Shown piece by piece: positions 35,670 through 49,632 of a stretch of 64,000 nucleotides of DNA. The notes beneath the pieces are model-generated. The model made no database searches. It saw only the letters and a list, made by a program, of their open reading frames with translations, and was not told the DNA's origin. The stretch's first letter is position 1. Each line of letters begins with the position of its first letter. The position numbers were made by a program, and so were the translations under genes. Origin of the DNA: the human T2T-CHM13v2.0 reference genome, Homo sapiens. The DNA is taken from NCBI RefSeq assembly GCF_009914755.1, contig NC_060926.1. One strand, written 5' to 3'.

Positions 35670-37405
35670 CTTTTCATCAAGATAAAGTAAAGGAGGCTGG
35701 ATTTACTCACCCACCTGATACAAACAAAAAATCAGTTGGCAGCTAGCTAGCTGGCTAGATAATAGATAGATGATAGATAGATAGAGATAGTTTCAAAGAC
35801 ACTGAACATAGACAACAAAGGACAGTGGTATTGGAGAAATTGTGTATTTAGAAGGTAACTTCTGTTATTGGTCCAATTTACTACTGTCTGAAAATAGTTT
35901 CCAGGCCATTGCAGAGGTCAAACTCCCTGACAAGCAGAGATGGAGTTGAGTATGGGGAAAGCAAAGCAGCTAGAGTTTCCAAGACAAAGTACCACAGAGG
36001 AGATAGATGCACATAACAAGAATTACAGAGATATGCAAAGTGTCCCCTTTGAATGGATACTCAGCAGAGAGCTGATCACATGCCTATGGGAAAAAAATAA
36101 CCACCTGAACAAAGAGAGAAACACAAAAAAATGATTAGAAGTAATTGTGCTCAGAGTTCACAAGGAGCCAGGAATTATTCCTTTCTCTCAGGAATCTCCA
36201 TAATTTATGGGGTAGTTGGTACAATTAACAGAGCGGGCTTGCCTCAAAGGTAGGGAAAAATTAGCCCTAGACTGAACAATTCTTTGATAATAACACCTTA
36301 CAATCATCTAAAATGTGTAAATCTTAAAATCAAGGCATAAAAGCATTGAACTGTTTTATAGTAACAAGTTTATACTAGAAAAATAATAACAGTAATATTA
36401 ATAAAAATACAAAAATATGTAATACCTAACAAGGTAAAATTCACATTTTCTCATATCCATCCAAAAGTTACCAGTAATGAAAAGAAGCAGGAAAATATAA
36501 TCCATAATGAGGAAAAAATTAATCAAAAAAATCTGATCCAGAATTGGCACAAATGTTGATTGTCAGAAAAGTGCATGAAAAATTATTATAGCTGCATTAT
36601 ATACTTTCAAATAGTTAAGTAGAGCAATAATTATATAAAATCAGATCAAACTTTAAAAATCTATACAATTCGAAATGAAGAAAAATCTAGATGGTCTTGC
36701 TGGTAGATTACACATTGCAGAAGAAAGCTTAGTGAACTTGAAAACCTGTCAACTGAAGCCATCCAAGATAAAAAGGGAAAGAAGAAAATACAAAAACATA
36801 TAGAGCATCAATGAGCAGTGGAACAGATTTGAAAAAAAAAAAAAACTTGCAAATCTGATTAAAAAAACTATAGTCCCACATATGCAAGAAACTCCATAAA
36901 ACCCAAGTACAGTAAAACAACAACAACAACAAAAAACTAGACCTAGGTACAATACAATCAAATTTCTCAAAATCAATTATAAAGATACTTCTCACAAGCA
37001 GGCAGGAAAAAAATATGTTACGGGCAGAACAGCAAAGATATGAGTTGCAGCACTTTTTTCCCCAGAAATTATGTAAACATAATTAAATTAAAGATAGTAG
37101 GGAGAAACAACACATTATGAGGTTTGGTGTGGTGGCCTCATAATCAGTATAAAACACTTCTTTAAGGATAGACAGTCTTTAACTTACTAAGTCTTTAAAT
37201 TACTGAAAGAGCTAGGTCTTTAAATTACTGAAAGAAAAAAAATCAACAGCAAGAAAAGCAACTGTTAAGTTAGAATTCTACATCTAGTGAATACATTTTT
37301 TGAAAGTAAATTGAAATAAAGACTTTTTAAGACATACCTAAATGGATTCATCACCTAATAAAGGAAGTACTTTAGGCAGAAGTAAAATGATACCAGAAGG
37401 AAGTT
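35670..37405 (+). mobile_element. Old L1M (MC/MD/ME) 5' region and ORF1 remnant, containing a (GATA)n tract at ~35755-35790
   Basis: tttcaaagacactgaacatagacaacaaaggacagtg; A-rich ORF1-like sequence (agattacacattgcagaagaaag ... agaattctacatctagtgaa ... aggaagtactttaggcagaag). Confidence 0.75.
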
Positions 37406-38004
37406 ATGGAATGGTGTTAATTCTCATTTGAAGTAAGACATGCAGTTGCCAGCTCTTCTACAGAAGAACGGAGCTTTTATGCTGATCTTGAGGGTAGTTA
37501 TCCTTAAAGAAGTGGGAGCATAGTAATTATCTAGAAGATGAGATCTCATCAGGCACTTGATGGTTTGAGGGTTAAGAAGAATCTGAACCTTGAGGTGAAG
37601 ATAGAAAAACAAAGCATGGTTATAGGCATTTGCATGTTTTCAAATTCAGTCTTGACGTAGCACTCTTGGAATATTCTATCGAAGGCTGGTACAACCTAGG
37701 AACCAAAGGATAGGGTATCCTTATAGAGTTTTTCAAGGATCTACATTTTTTCTTTCATAATGTACATAATTTAGGGACCTAGAATGATCATAGGATCCTC
37801 CTTGATTCGTTTGAGGCCAGTTTTCATCAGTTATCTTACTATGTAGTTTAAACAACAGTCGTACAATCTGATGAGTGCTTAGTGTCCTCCTGCTTAAACT
37901 AGAAAAGGTGTATGTACTCATCTCTGGTTTTGGACGATTCTATAGAAGAAAAGATTTCTAAGAGGAAATATAAAACTTTCTGATAATATCACTTGTGTAT
38001 TTTA

Positions 38005-38380
38005 AATTTAAATGTTTTAAGTTACTTGTAGAGATACATGGAGATTTAAGAAACGATAAAAAGTCTCCCCTAATGATAGCATTTTGCAAAACTATAATAT
38101 AATTACAACACTATTGTCGTTGTTACAATCCATCCATCTTATTCAGATATCTTCAGTTTTACTTATAACTATTTGTGTATGTGTAGAGTTCTACACAATT
38201 TTATTACAAGTATTAGTTCTTTTATTCACCACCACAATCAAGATAATAAACAGTTCCATCACCACACAGATCCCTCCTATTTCACTTTTATAATTACTCC
38301 TGGCTCCCTCCCCTATCCTGTTGCCCAACCTCTTGTCCTCTATCCTATTGTTGCCTAACAATAATCTGTCTTCAGTGTAA
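38005..38380 (-). mobile_element. L1MC1/2-like 3' UTR fragment
   Basis: cattttgcaaaactataatata ... ccatcttattcagat ... caccaccacaatcaagata ... aacagttccatcaccaca. Confidence 0.75.
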
Positions 38381-38384
38381 ACAG

Positions 38385-38810
38385 TACTATAATGTTTTTA
38401 ATCATCAAATATGATTTATAAAAGTCACAATGGAAAAATAGTCTATTATATGTACCCATATTTCCTCTCTTGTCATTGTCTTATCTTTCTTCCTGATGTT
38501 CCAAGATTCACTATTTTTATCATTTCCTCTGTAATGAAATATTTTATTTAAGCAATATTGAAGGGTAAGTCTGATAGCAAAAAAAAAAAAAGCCTTTTAG
38601 TTGTTTATAGTATGCCAATGTCCTCATTTTAGTCTTTCTTCCTGATGTACAGTTTAGCTAGATATAGAATTTATAGCTGGCAGTTCTTTTCTTTCAGCTC
38701 TTAGAACTTGTACCACTCCCTCTGTTCTCTTTGGTTTCAGATTGTTTTTAAACTCTATTAAAGTTCAGATTTGTGTTCAAGTAGGCATAATGTATTTTTT
38801 CTTTCTCCTT

Positions 38811-38849
<39 letters not shown>

Positions 38850-40745
38850 AGATCAAGCCTTGCTCTGTCCCCCAGGCTGGAGTGCAGCAGCACACTCTTG
38901 GCTCACTGCAACCTCTGCCTACTGGTTCAAGCGATCCTTGTGCCTCAGCCTCCCAAGTAGCTGAGACCACAGGTGTTCACCACCACACCCCGCTAATTTT
39001 GATATTTTTAGTAGAGATAGGGTTTCACCATGTTGGCCAGGCTGGTCTCCAACTCCTGACCTGAGGTGATCCTCCTGCCTCAGCCTCCAAAAGTGCTGGG
39101 ATTACAGGCGTCAGCCACCATGCCTGGCCTCATAATGTGTTGTTTCTCCCTGGCATCTTTAAATTTTTTTTTAAGTGTCTTTAGTTTTACTAGTTTTCAT
39201 TATTTTGTGCCATGACATAGATTTATTTGGGTGCATTCTATTTGAGATTTAGCCAATTTCTTGAACATGTAAATTTGCATGTTTTGCCAAATTTAAGGAG
39301 TTTTTAGTCATTATTTCTTTGAACACTCTTTTAGCGTCATTCTTTTCCTTTTGTCTTTCTGGCATTCTGATATAACAAATATTGGATTTTTGTTGTTTTT
39401 CTCACAGGTCTGGGATCTATTCATTTTACTTTTCGTCTGTTTTTCTCATTGTTTTTAGATTGGTAGTTCTGTTCATTTATTGTCACATTTAGCTATCTTA
39501 TTTACACTTAACCATTAAGCAAATTTTAAATTTCTTGGTTTTTAAATATTATTTCTATAGTTTTTTTCTTATAAATAACTTCTCTTTCTTTGCTAATATT
39601 CACTATTTATTCATTTGTTTCAAAATAACTTATAATTGATTCTTGGAGCATTTATATAACGGCTACTGAAAAATCCATGCCAGAAAATGTCAACATCTGA
39701 TTTATGTCAGTATTTGTGCCTTTTCTGATTCAAGTTGTAATTTTTGATTCTTGATTTAATAAACGACTTTTAATTTTATCCTAGATATTTTGCCTGTATG
39801 GGTCCTATTTAAATCTTTTATTTCTCAGGCAGCCACTCTGTTTAGGTCAGCATTCAGGTCCTGGGCTGTTTTGTAGGCTGCAGTTTCAATGTTGCTTTAC
39901 ATTTTACAGCTTTTGCAGTGTAAGTTTTCTATATGGTTTACTTGATGCCTCTGTGGTCCCCGCTGATCTCTGCTAGTGCTGCCTGAGGGAGCTTCATGGC
40001 CAGGTTTCTGTGTGTCTCTTTCCATGTGGAAAAGGAGTTCCATATCCAAGATGAAGTGGTTTACCTGGGAAGAACAATGTTGCAGCATGATTCCACTATC
40101 GGCGCTACCCACCTGCTCTGATATATATAAGCAGAGAAGGAAAATGCCAGGCCTATGATAACAATAAAGCTTTCTAGTCTGGGCTGCTCATCATGGCTGG
40201 GTCCCTCTTGTGAGTTCTAACTGCCCCTCTGCTTATTTCCGTGTTTCTCAGTAGGAGAAGGCAATCTTAGAGCTAAAGGAACTAACCAAGCTGGTTGATT
40301 GCTATAGCAGAATCACCCCAGCCTTTGGGAGATAGAAAAAGCCTTCCTGGCTCTGCTTGTCATGGCTAGATCCCTCTGACCTGCTTCTCCAGTGTCTTTC
40401 AGCTTATTTAGTGAGGATACTGATAGATTCTTACTGATGGTTTTTCCTGGATCACCTCGTATTTTTTTTATGATTTGCTCTAGGGATGGAAAATGCCTGC
40501 ATGGGCTGCCTTCTTTAATGTTAGGTTGAGGGTCAGGAAATTCTGGATCTGTGTAACCTTCTTCTGTTGAGAGGGGAAACTAACATGCCCTCTCATTCTG
40601 CTACTCCTGCAGTCCTGGAGACCCAAACAAATTTGTCTTCTTCTTTCCACATTTTGGAGATTGAGTTTGGTTGCCTTTTGTGTAAAAAGTGGGTTTTATA
40701 GTTGCTGTTAGCAGATAGGAGCAGGAAGAAATGGGTCTGGCCATA
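38385..40745 (-). mobile_element. Old L1M ORF1 / 5' region, interrupted by an Alu
   Basis: Antisense ORF1 motifs gatatagaatttatagctggcagttc and ttgccaaatttaaggagtttttagtcattatttctt; GC-richer 5' UTR at 39850-40745. Confidence 0.7.
38801..39129 (-). mobile_element. Alu (AluSx-like) with a 36-nt pure poly(A) tail
   Basis: ctcctgacctgaggtgatcc; TSD-like cataatgt(a/g)tt at 38786 and 39131. Confidence 0.97.
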
Positions 40746-41214
40746 GGGTTTAGACTTAACTGTTAAGTGTTCCAATGTGTGTTGCTGGCATCAAGCGAAG
40801 AAAAGATTCAAGCAGAAGAGTATTTTCTAGTCTAAGAGCATTCATGGTCCAGACTGATCTTGGGAAAATTGGCGATGGTGAGTTTTTGTTTGTTTGTTTT
40901 GTTATGTTTTTCTTTTGGTTCCTTTTCTCTCTTTTTAACTGAACTGAAATTCTCATGTATCCATTAAACTTGTGAAAATCGATCTATAAGGAGATTAAAC
41001 AAAATCATTCTCATTGAGAAGGAAGGGGAGTTTAAGAGCTAACAGATCAGCCCCTCTTAAGCATGTTTATGTTCCTCTTAATGTAAGGCAAAGCCATGAG
41101 TAAAATAAATTAAACAAATAAATTATAAAGGTAAACTTTCAACACCCATCAGCAAATAGAGCAAATGACCTAGGTAGGAAGCTCAAAAGGCATCAGGTAG
41201 GAAGCAATCACAGT

Positions 41215-41375
41215 CATTCATCAATCATTCATTGTTGATTTATTCATTTGTTAAATATATATTTATCAAGGGCACACTGTGCATCAGACAATATTCTAGT
41301 TGCTAAAAATAAAACATTGACAAAAATAGGAAAAACCCAAATGACCAACTCTGATTGGAGCTAAAATTATTTCCT
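41215..41375 (-). mobile_element. L2 3' end
   Basis: cattcatcaatcattcatt ... tatttatcaagggcacactgtgcatcagaca. Confidence 0.6.
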
Positions 41376-44300
41376 TCTCCTCCATTGCAATCTTAGCCTT
41401 GTTTGTCAAGTGAACTTTTTTCCATTGCCTCCTTCTTTAGAGTAGACATTAAAATAGACTGATGCATATATGCCTAACATATGTCAGCTCATCTCTCTAA
41501 ATGCCTATTTACTTATATATCTACATCATCTATATATAGATATAAAATCTCCTATAAAAAGACCCTGCATAGGGTCTTGAAGCTTTTACATGCTCTTCTG
41601 CTAAAAATGGTGCAGTCTCTCCCAAAATAATTTTCTTCTCTGGCCCTTGCTGTTCTCACTTACAAAATAAAATGCTTTGATTTGATTGATAGTTCTCCAA
41701 ATTGATTAATTACTAAAATTTCCTCTACAATATTTTAGGATGATTTATTGGCTCCATGGTAAACCTATTTAGTGAGAAATTTTAAAAGATATGGTCTTTA
41801 TTTCTAAATTTTATTTTTTGTAATTTTATTTTTAGTTGGCAAATAATCATTGCACATACTCATGGAGTACTTAATGACATTGTGAAAGTGTATAGTGGTC
41901 AGATAAGAGTAACCAACATATCCATCATCTCAAGCATTTATCAATTCTTTGGGAATATTTAATATCCTTCTTCTAGCTATTTGATACCACATAATATATT
42001 ATTGTTAATTATAGTCATCCTACAGTGGTATAAAACACTAAAACTCATTCCTCCTATCTAGCTATAAATTTATGTTCTTTAACAAATTCCTATCCTTCCC
42101 TTCTCCCCACCCTTTGCAGCTTCCAGTATCCTCTGTTCTACTTTTTACTTCTAGGAGATAAACTTTTTTTTAGCTTCCACTTATGAGTGAGAACATGTGG
42201 TGTTTATCTTTCTTTTTCTGGCTTTTTTCACTTAACATAATGTCCTTCAGTTCTGTCCATGTTGCCAAAAATAACAGGATGTCATTCTATTTATGGCTGA
42301 ATAGTATTCTGTTGTGTATATATAAATAGCATGTTTTCTTTATCCACTCATCTGTTGTTGGAACTTTGATTTATTCTATATCTTGGCTATTGGGAATAGT
42401 GTTGCAGTAACTATAGAATGCAAATGTCTGTTCAATATAATGATTTCCTTTCCTTTGGATAAATATCCATGAGTGGGATTGCTGGATCATATGATAGTTC
42501 TATTTGTATTTTTTTGAGGAACCTCCATACTGTTCTCCATAGTGACTGTACTAGTTTACATTTGCACCAAGAGTGGATAAGAGTTCCCTTTTCATTTTTT
42601 TTAATAGTCATCCTAAGTGAGGTGAGAAGGAACCTCATTTTGGTTTTAATTTGCATTTACCCAATGATTAATAATGTTGAGCTATTTTTTCATGTTTTTG
42701 TCGATTTGTATGTCTTCTTTTGAGAAATATCTGTTCAGATTGTTCATTTTTTAACTGAAGTTTTGGTTGTTGTTGAGATGTTTGAGTGCCTAGCGTATTC
42801 TGGATATTAATACACTACTCGGTGAGTATTTCGCAAATATTTTATCCCATTCTGTAGATTGTCTTTTCACTCTGTTGATTTATTTACTGTACAGAAGTTA
42901 TTTAGTTTGATATAATCTCATTTTTCATGTTTGCTTTTGTTTCCTATGCTTTTGAGGTCTTACTTATAAAATCTTTTCAAGACCCATCTTCTGAAGCATT
43001 TCTCTAAGGTCTTCCTCCAGTCTCTGTTCCATTTTGAGTTGATTTTTGTAAAAGACAAAATGTGTACATCTAATTTCATTATTCTGTTCATGAATATCCA
43101 ATTGTCCTAGCACTAGTTATTGAAAAGACGGTCCTTTCCCAATTAGTGTTTTGGCACTTCTGTCAAAAATCAGTTGGCTGTAGCTATGTAGAGTAATTTC
43201 TGTGTTCCCTATTCTGTTCCATTTGTCTACATACTTGTTTTTGTGCTAGTAGCGTGTTGTTTACTAAAGATTTGTAACATATTTTCAGATCTTATTGTGT
43301 GATGTCTCCAGCCTTGTTATATTTTTCTCAGGATTGCTTGGGTGATTTGGGGTTCTTTTTGGTTCCATACAAATTTTAGGATGTTTCTTTCTACTTATGT
43401 GAAGAATATCCTTGTTATTTTTATAAAAATTGCAAAAAGTCTGTATATTTTTGGGTCAGTATTGTCATTTTAGCAATATTAATTATTCCAATAATTTAGC
43501 ATGGACTGTCTTTCTATTTGTTTATATCCTTTTCAATTTTTTTTATCAGTGTTTTGTAGTTTTTCTTGTAGAAGTCTTTCACCTCTTTGATTTAATTTAA
43601 TCCTGGATATTTTTTATAGCTATTTTGAATGGGATTGCCTTCTTGATTTCTTCTTCATGTATTTCATTGTTAATGTATAGAAACTGATACTGATTTTTAT
43701 ATATTAATTTTGTATCTTTTGACTTTCTTGAGTTTGTTGCTCAGTCTGAAATGTTTCTTAGTAGAGTCCTTAGAATGGTGTAGTTATAAGATTATATCTA
43801 CGAACAGTCACAATATGACTTCTTCCTTTCCAATTGGGATGCCCTTTATTTCTTTATCTTGCCTAATTGCTCTGGCAGGATTTCCAGTAATATGTTGAAT
43901 AAGAGCATTGAGTGTAGGCACCCTTGTCCTGTTCCAGTTCTTAGAGGAAAAACTAAAAGCTTATTTATTTAGAACGATGTTAGTGGTGGGTTTGTCATAT
44001 ATAGCCTTTGTTATGTTAAGGTACTTTCGTTCTATACAAAATTTATTAAGAGTTTTTATCATAAAATAATACTGAATTTTATCAAATCTTTTTATGTGTC
44101 AATTGAGATGATTATATTGTATGTGTCCTTCATTCTATTGATGTGATGTATGGTGGTTATTGATTTGTGTATGTTGAGACTTCCTTGCATTCCTGGAATA
44201 AATCCTTTCTGATCACGGTGTATTACCTTTTGATGCACTTTTTGATTTGGTTTGCAAGTATTTTGTTGAGAACTTTTGTGTCTATGTTAATCAGGGATAT

Positions 44301-47263
44301 TGGCCTGTAGTTTTTTGTTGTTGCTGTTGTGTACTTGTCTGATTTGGGTATAAGGGTTATGCTAGCCTTATAGAGTGAATTACAAAGAACTCCCTGTGTT
44401 TTAATTTCTTTGGAATAGCTTGAGAAGAATTGGTATTAATTCTCCTTTAAAGGTTTGGTAGAATTCAGCGGTAAAGCCATCCAGTCCTGAACTTTTCTTT
44501 TTTGGAAGACTTATTTATTAATTCAATTTCATTACTTGCTATTGGTCTGTTCAGGTTTTTTATTTCTTCTTGGTTCAATCTTGGTACTTTGTGCATGTTC
44601 AGAAATGTGTCAGTTTTCTCTATGTTTTTGAATGTGTTGATATATAGTTGTTCATATTAGTCTGTAACAATCCTTTGGATTTCAGTGCTACCTATTGTGA
44701 TGTCTCCTTTTTTGTTCCTGATTTTAATTATTTTAGCCTTCTCTATTTTTTAGTTAGTCTAGCTAACACTTTGTCAATTTTGTTTATCTTTTCAAAAAAC
44801 TAACTTTTTGTTTTGTTGATCTTTTGTATTTTTATAGTCTCAATTTTGTTTGTTTCTGCTCTCGTCTTTATGATTTTTTTCTTCTACTGATTTTGAGTTT
44901 GGTTTGTTCCTGATTTTCTATTTCTTTGAGGTATGTAGTGAGGTTGATTATTTGAAATCTTTCTAGTTTATTTTGATGTAGACATTTATTGCTATAATCT
45001 TGCTTATTAGTATTACTTTGACTGTGTTTTATAGGTTTTGGTATGTTGTGTTTCTATTTTTATTTCTTTCAATGATTTTACTAAATTTTATTCTTAATTT
45101 CTTCCTCCTGCCGTTGTATATTCAATTTATATTTATTTGTTTGGTTCTGTGTGTTTGTTATTGGTATCTAGTTTTATAATATTGTGGTCAAATAAGATAC
45201 ACAATATAATTTTGATTTTGAAAAATTTTTGAGACTTCTTTTGTGTCTTAACTATATAGTCAATTTTGCATAATGTTCCATGTGCTGATGAAAAAATGTA
45301 TATTGTGCAGCTTTTGAGTAAAATGTTTTATAAATATCTGTTAGGTTCATTTGTTCTATGTTGCAGTTTAAATCTTAGGTTTCTTTGTTGATTTTTTATC
45401 TAGATAATGTGTCCAATGCTGAGAATTAGGTACTGAAGTCCACAACTATTATTATACTGAAGTCTATTTCTCCCTTTAGATCTAATAATATTTGCTTTTT
45501 ATATCGGGATGCTTCAGTGTTGGGTACAAATATGTTATAGTTATTACATGCTCTTTCTAAATTTCTCTCTATTATTACATAATATCCTTCTCTGTCTCTT
45601 TTTACAGCTTTTAACTTCAAGCCTGTTTGTCATATATAATTATAGCTATTCCTGGTTGCTTTAGGTTTTGGTTTGCATAGACCATCTTTTTACATCCCTT
45701 TACTTTCAGTCTATGTGTGTCTCTACCAATGAGTTCAGTTTCTGGTAGGCAGCATTTAAAGAAGTCTTTTCTTTTTTTTTTTTCAAATGGATTCAACTAG
45801 TCTATACCTTTTAAATGAGAAATTTAAACCATTTACATTCATGGCTATTTTTAATAAGAACTTAATTTTGTCATTTTATTGATTGTTGTCTGATTATTTT
45901 GTACATCCTTTGTTCCTTACTACCTCTTTTCTTGTTTGTTTTTGAGGGTAGTTGGTTTCCTTTATTGATAAGGTTTGATTTCTGTCTTTTTCCCCTTGGT
46001 GTATCTGTCTACTAGTGAGTTTTATAGTTTTGCATGTTTTCATGATGGTGGTTGTTGTCTTTTTACTTCCACATGTAAGACTCCCTTGAACATTTATTGT
46101 ATGGCCAGTCTAGTAGTAATGAATTCCCATAGCCTTTGCTTGTCTGTGAAGGATTTTATTTCTCTTTCATTTCTGAAGGATAGCTTTGCTGAGTATAATA
46201 TTCTTGCATGGCAGTATTTCTTTTTGTTTTGTTTTTCTTTTCATATTTTGAATGTATTATCTCATTCTCTCCTGGCCTGTAGGGTTTCTGCTGAGAAATA
46301 CACTCATATAATGTAAAGACACATATAAGGAAATCATATTTTGGCAATTTTACTATAATGTGCATCAGAGATGACCTGTTTGGATTGAATTAATTTGGGA
46401 TTCTGTTTGTTTCATGGATCTGGATTTCCACATCTCTCTCAAGGCTTAGGACACTTTCTGCTATTATTTTATTAAATATGGTTTCCTCACCTTTCCCCTT
46501 CTCTTCTTCTGGAAATTCCATGTTACCAATATCTGCTTGCTTAATGGTGTCCCATAAATCCTGTAGGTTTTCTTCATTTTCTTTTTAAAAATTATTTTAT
46601 TTGTCTTCTTTTGTTATTTCAAAAGATCTATCTTCATGTTCAGAAACAGATTCTTCTGCTTGATCTAGTCTGTTGTTCAAGCTTTTAATTGTATTTTTTG
46701 TTTCATTTTTTGGATTCATCCCACTGTAGTTCTATTTGGTTCTCTTTTGTGACATCTATCTCTTTGTAAATTTCTCATTCAAATCATTAATTATTTTTTC
46801 TTATTTTGTTGTATTTTCTTCTGTATTATCTTATATTTCACTGAATTTCCTTAGTATTATTATTTTGAATTTTTTCTGGTATTTCATACATTTCCTTATT
46901 ATTGTGATCTATTCCTGTAGAGTTAGTTTTCTTTTGGAGGTGATGTATTTCCTTGCTTTTTCATGGTTTATATGTTTCTTTGTTGATTTCTCTGCATCTA
47001 GTGGATCACCTTTTCCAATTTTATAGATTAGGTTTCATAAGAAAGGCTTATTTGTAAAAATGGGTGTTGGGGTATAGGTTTGGTGGAGTGCATTGGCCTT
47101 GGTTCTAGGTGGATGCAGCAGTGTAGTCTCTGTGTAGCTTCTTCAGCTTTAATCCACACTAGTGTTATTGTGACCTTCTAATTGACCTAGGCTGAGAATT
47201 TGTGGTGATGGTGGTATGACTTTGCAAGTGTGGCCTTGCTGGGCTATTTCTGAGGTTGGAAGT

Positions 47264-49563
47264 TGTATTAGTCTATTCTTATGCTGCTAATAAAAAATAT
47301 CTGAGACTGGGTATTTTATAAATAAAAACAATTTAATTGACTCACAGTTCTACATGGCTAGGAAGGCCTCACAATCATCACAGAAAGTGAAGGAAGATCA
47401 AAGGGACATTTTACATGGCAGCAGGAAAGACAGCATGAGAGCCAAGCAAAAGAAGAAACCCTTTATAAAACCATCAGATCTCATGAGACTTATTGACTAC
47501 CATGAGAACAATATGGGGAACACTGCCCCTATGATTCAATTATCTCCCACTGGATCACTCCCACAACATATGGGAATTATGGGAGCTATAATTCAAGATG
47601 ATATTTGGGTGGGGCCACAGCCAAACCCTATCATTTTTCCCCTGGCCCTTCCCAAATCTCAGGTCCTCACATTTCAAAACCGATCATACCTTCCCAAAAG
47701 TCCTGCAAAGTCTTAAATTATTTCAGCATTAACTCAAAAGTCCAAAGTCTCATCTGAGACAAGGCAAATCCCTTCGCCTGTGAGCCTGTAAAATCAAAAG
47801 CAAGTTTGTTACTTCCTAGATACAATGGGGTTTCAGGCATTGAATAAATGCACCCATGCCAAATAAGATAAATTGGCAAAACAAAGTGACTAAAGGCTCT
47901 ATGCAAGTTCAAAATCTAGTTGGGCAGTCAAATCTTAAAGCTCCAAAATGATCTCCTTTGATTCCATGTCTCACATCCAGGTAATGCTGATGCAAAATGT
48001 GGGTTCCCATAGTCTTGGGCAACTCCGCCCCTGTGACTTTGCAGGGTACAGTCTTCCTTCAGACTGCTTTTATGGGCTGTCATTGAGTGTCTGCGGCTTT
48101 TCCAAGTGCACAGTACAAGCCATCAATGGATCTACCATTGTGGGGTCTGGAGGATGGTGGCCCTCTTCTCAGCTCCACTATGCAGTACCCCAGTGGGGAC
48201 TCTGTGTGGGGGCTCCCACCCCACGTTTTCCTTTCACACTGCCCTAGCAGAAGTTCTCCATAAGGGCCCCACCACTGTAGCAAACTTCTTCCTGGACATC
48301 CAAGCATTTCCACGCATTCTCTGAAATCTAGTCAGAGGTTCCCAAACCTCAGTTCTTGACTTCTGTGCTCTCACAGGCTTAACACCATGTGGAAGCTGCC
48401 AAGGCTTGGGGCGTGAACCTTCTGAAGCCACAGCCCAAGCTCTACCTTGGCCTCTTTTAACCATGGCTTAAGCAGCTGGGACACAGGGCACCAAGTCTCT
48501 AGGCTTCACAAATCAGAGGGGCCCTGAGCCCAGCCCAAAAAAACATTTTTTTTTTCTCCTAGGCCTTCTGAGCCTGTGATTGGAAGGGCTACCACAAAGG
48601 TCTCTGATATGCCCTGGAAACATTTTCCCATTGTCTTGGAGATTAACACTTGGCTGCTTGTTACTCATGTTAATTTCTGCAGCAGGCTTGGATTTCTCCC
48701 CAGAAAATGGGGTTTTCTTTTCTATCACATCATCAGGCTGCAAATTTTCTGAACTTTTATGTTGTGTTTCCCTTTTAAAACTGAATGCTTTTAACAGCAC
48801 TGAAGTCACCTCTTGAATTATTTGCTGCTTAGAAATTTCTTCATCCAGATACCGTAAATCATCTCCCTCAAGTTCAAAGTTTCATAAATCTCTAGGATAG
48901 GGGCAAAATGCCACCAGTCTCTTTGCCAAAACATAGCACGAGTCACCTTCACTCCAGTTCCGAACAAGTTCCTCATCTCCATCTGAGACCACCACAGCCT
49001 GGATTTCATTGTCCATGTCATTATCAGCATTTTGGTCAAAGCCATCCAACAAGTCTGTAGGAAATTCCAAACTTTCCCACATCTTCCTATCTTCTTCTGA
49101 GCCCTCCAGAATGTTCCAACCTCTGCCTGTTACCCAGTTCCAAAGCTGCTTCCACATTTTTGGATATCCTTATAGCAGCACCCCACTTTACCAGTATCAA
49201 TTTTCTCTATTAGTCTGTTCTCATACTTCTAATAAATATATACCTAAGACTGGGTAATTTATAAAGGAAAGAGTTTTAATTGGCTCACAGTTCCACATGG
49301 CAGGGGAAGCCTCATCATGGTGGAAGGCAAAAGGCACGTCTTTCTTGGTGGCAGGCAACAGAGCATGAGAACCAAGCAAAAGAAGAAATGCCTTAGGAAA
49401 CCATCAGAACTTGTGAGACTTACTCACTACCATGAGAATAGTATGGGGGAAACTACCCTCATGATTCAGTTATATACCACTGGGTCCCTCCCACAACATG
49501 TGGGAATTATGGGAGCTACAATTCAAGATGAGATTTGGGTGGGGACACAGCCAAACCATATCA
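47264..49563 (-). mobile_element. Complete THE1 (B/C-like) MaLR: LTR 47264-47633, internal region, LTR 49206-49563
   Basis: Both LTRs end gatttgggtgggg(c/a)cacagccaaacc(c/a)tatca on the + strand. 5-bp TSD gaagt/ggagt. Internal peptide WNWVTGRGWNILEGSEEDRKMWESLE. Confidence 0.95.
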
Positions 49564-49632
49564 GGAGTTTGTGCATGCAAATACTTGATAAGCCAGCTTT
49601 GAGTCTCTCTCCTAAGTGGTGTTAGGACCATG

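Noticed and set aside
38742-39064. Poly-Phe / poly-Lys ORFs
   Set aside because: These are translations of the Alu and its poly(T) tract
41559-41578. 8-bp hairpin aagaccct-gcat-agggtctt (and a similar one at ~57969-57992)
   Set aside because: Stem length is at chance level and there is no supporting context
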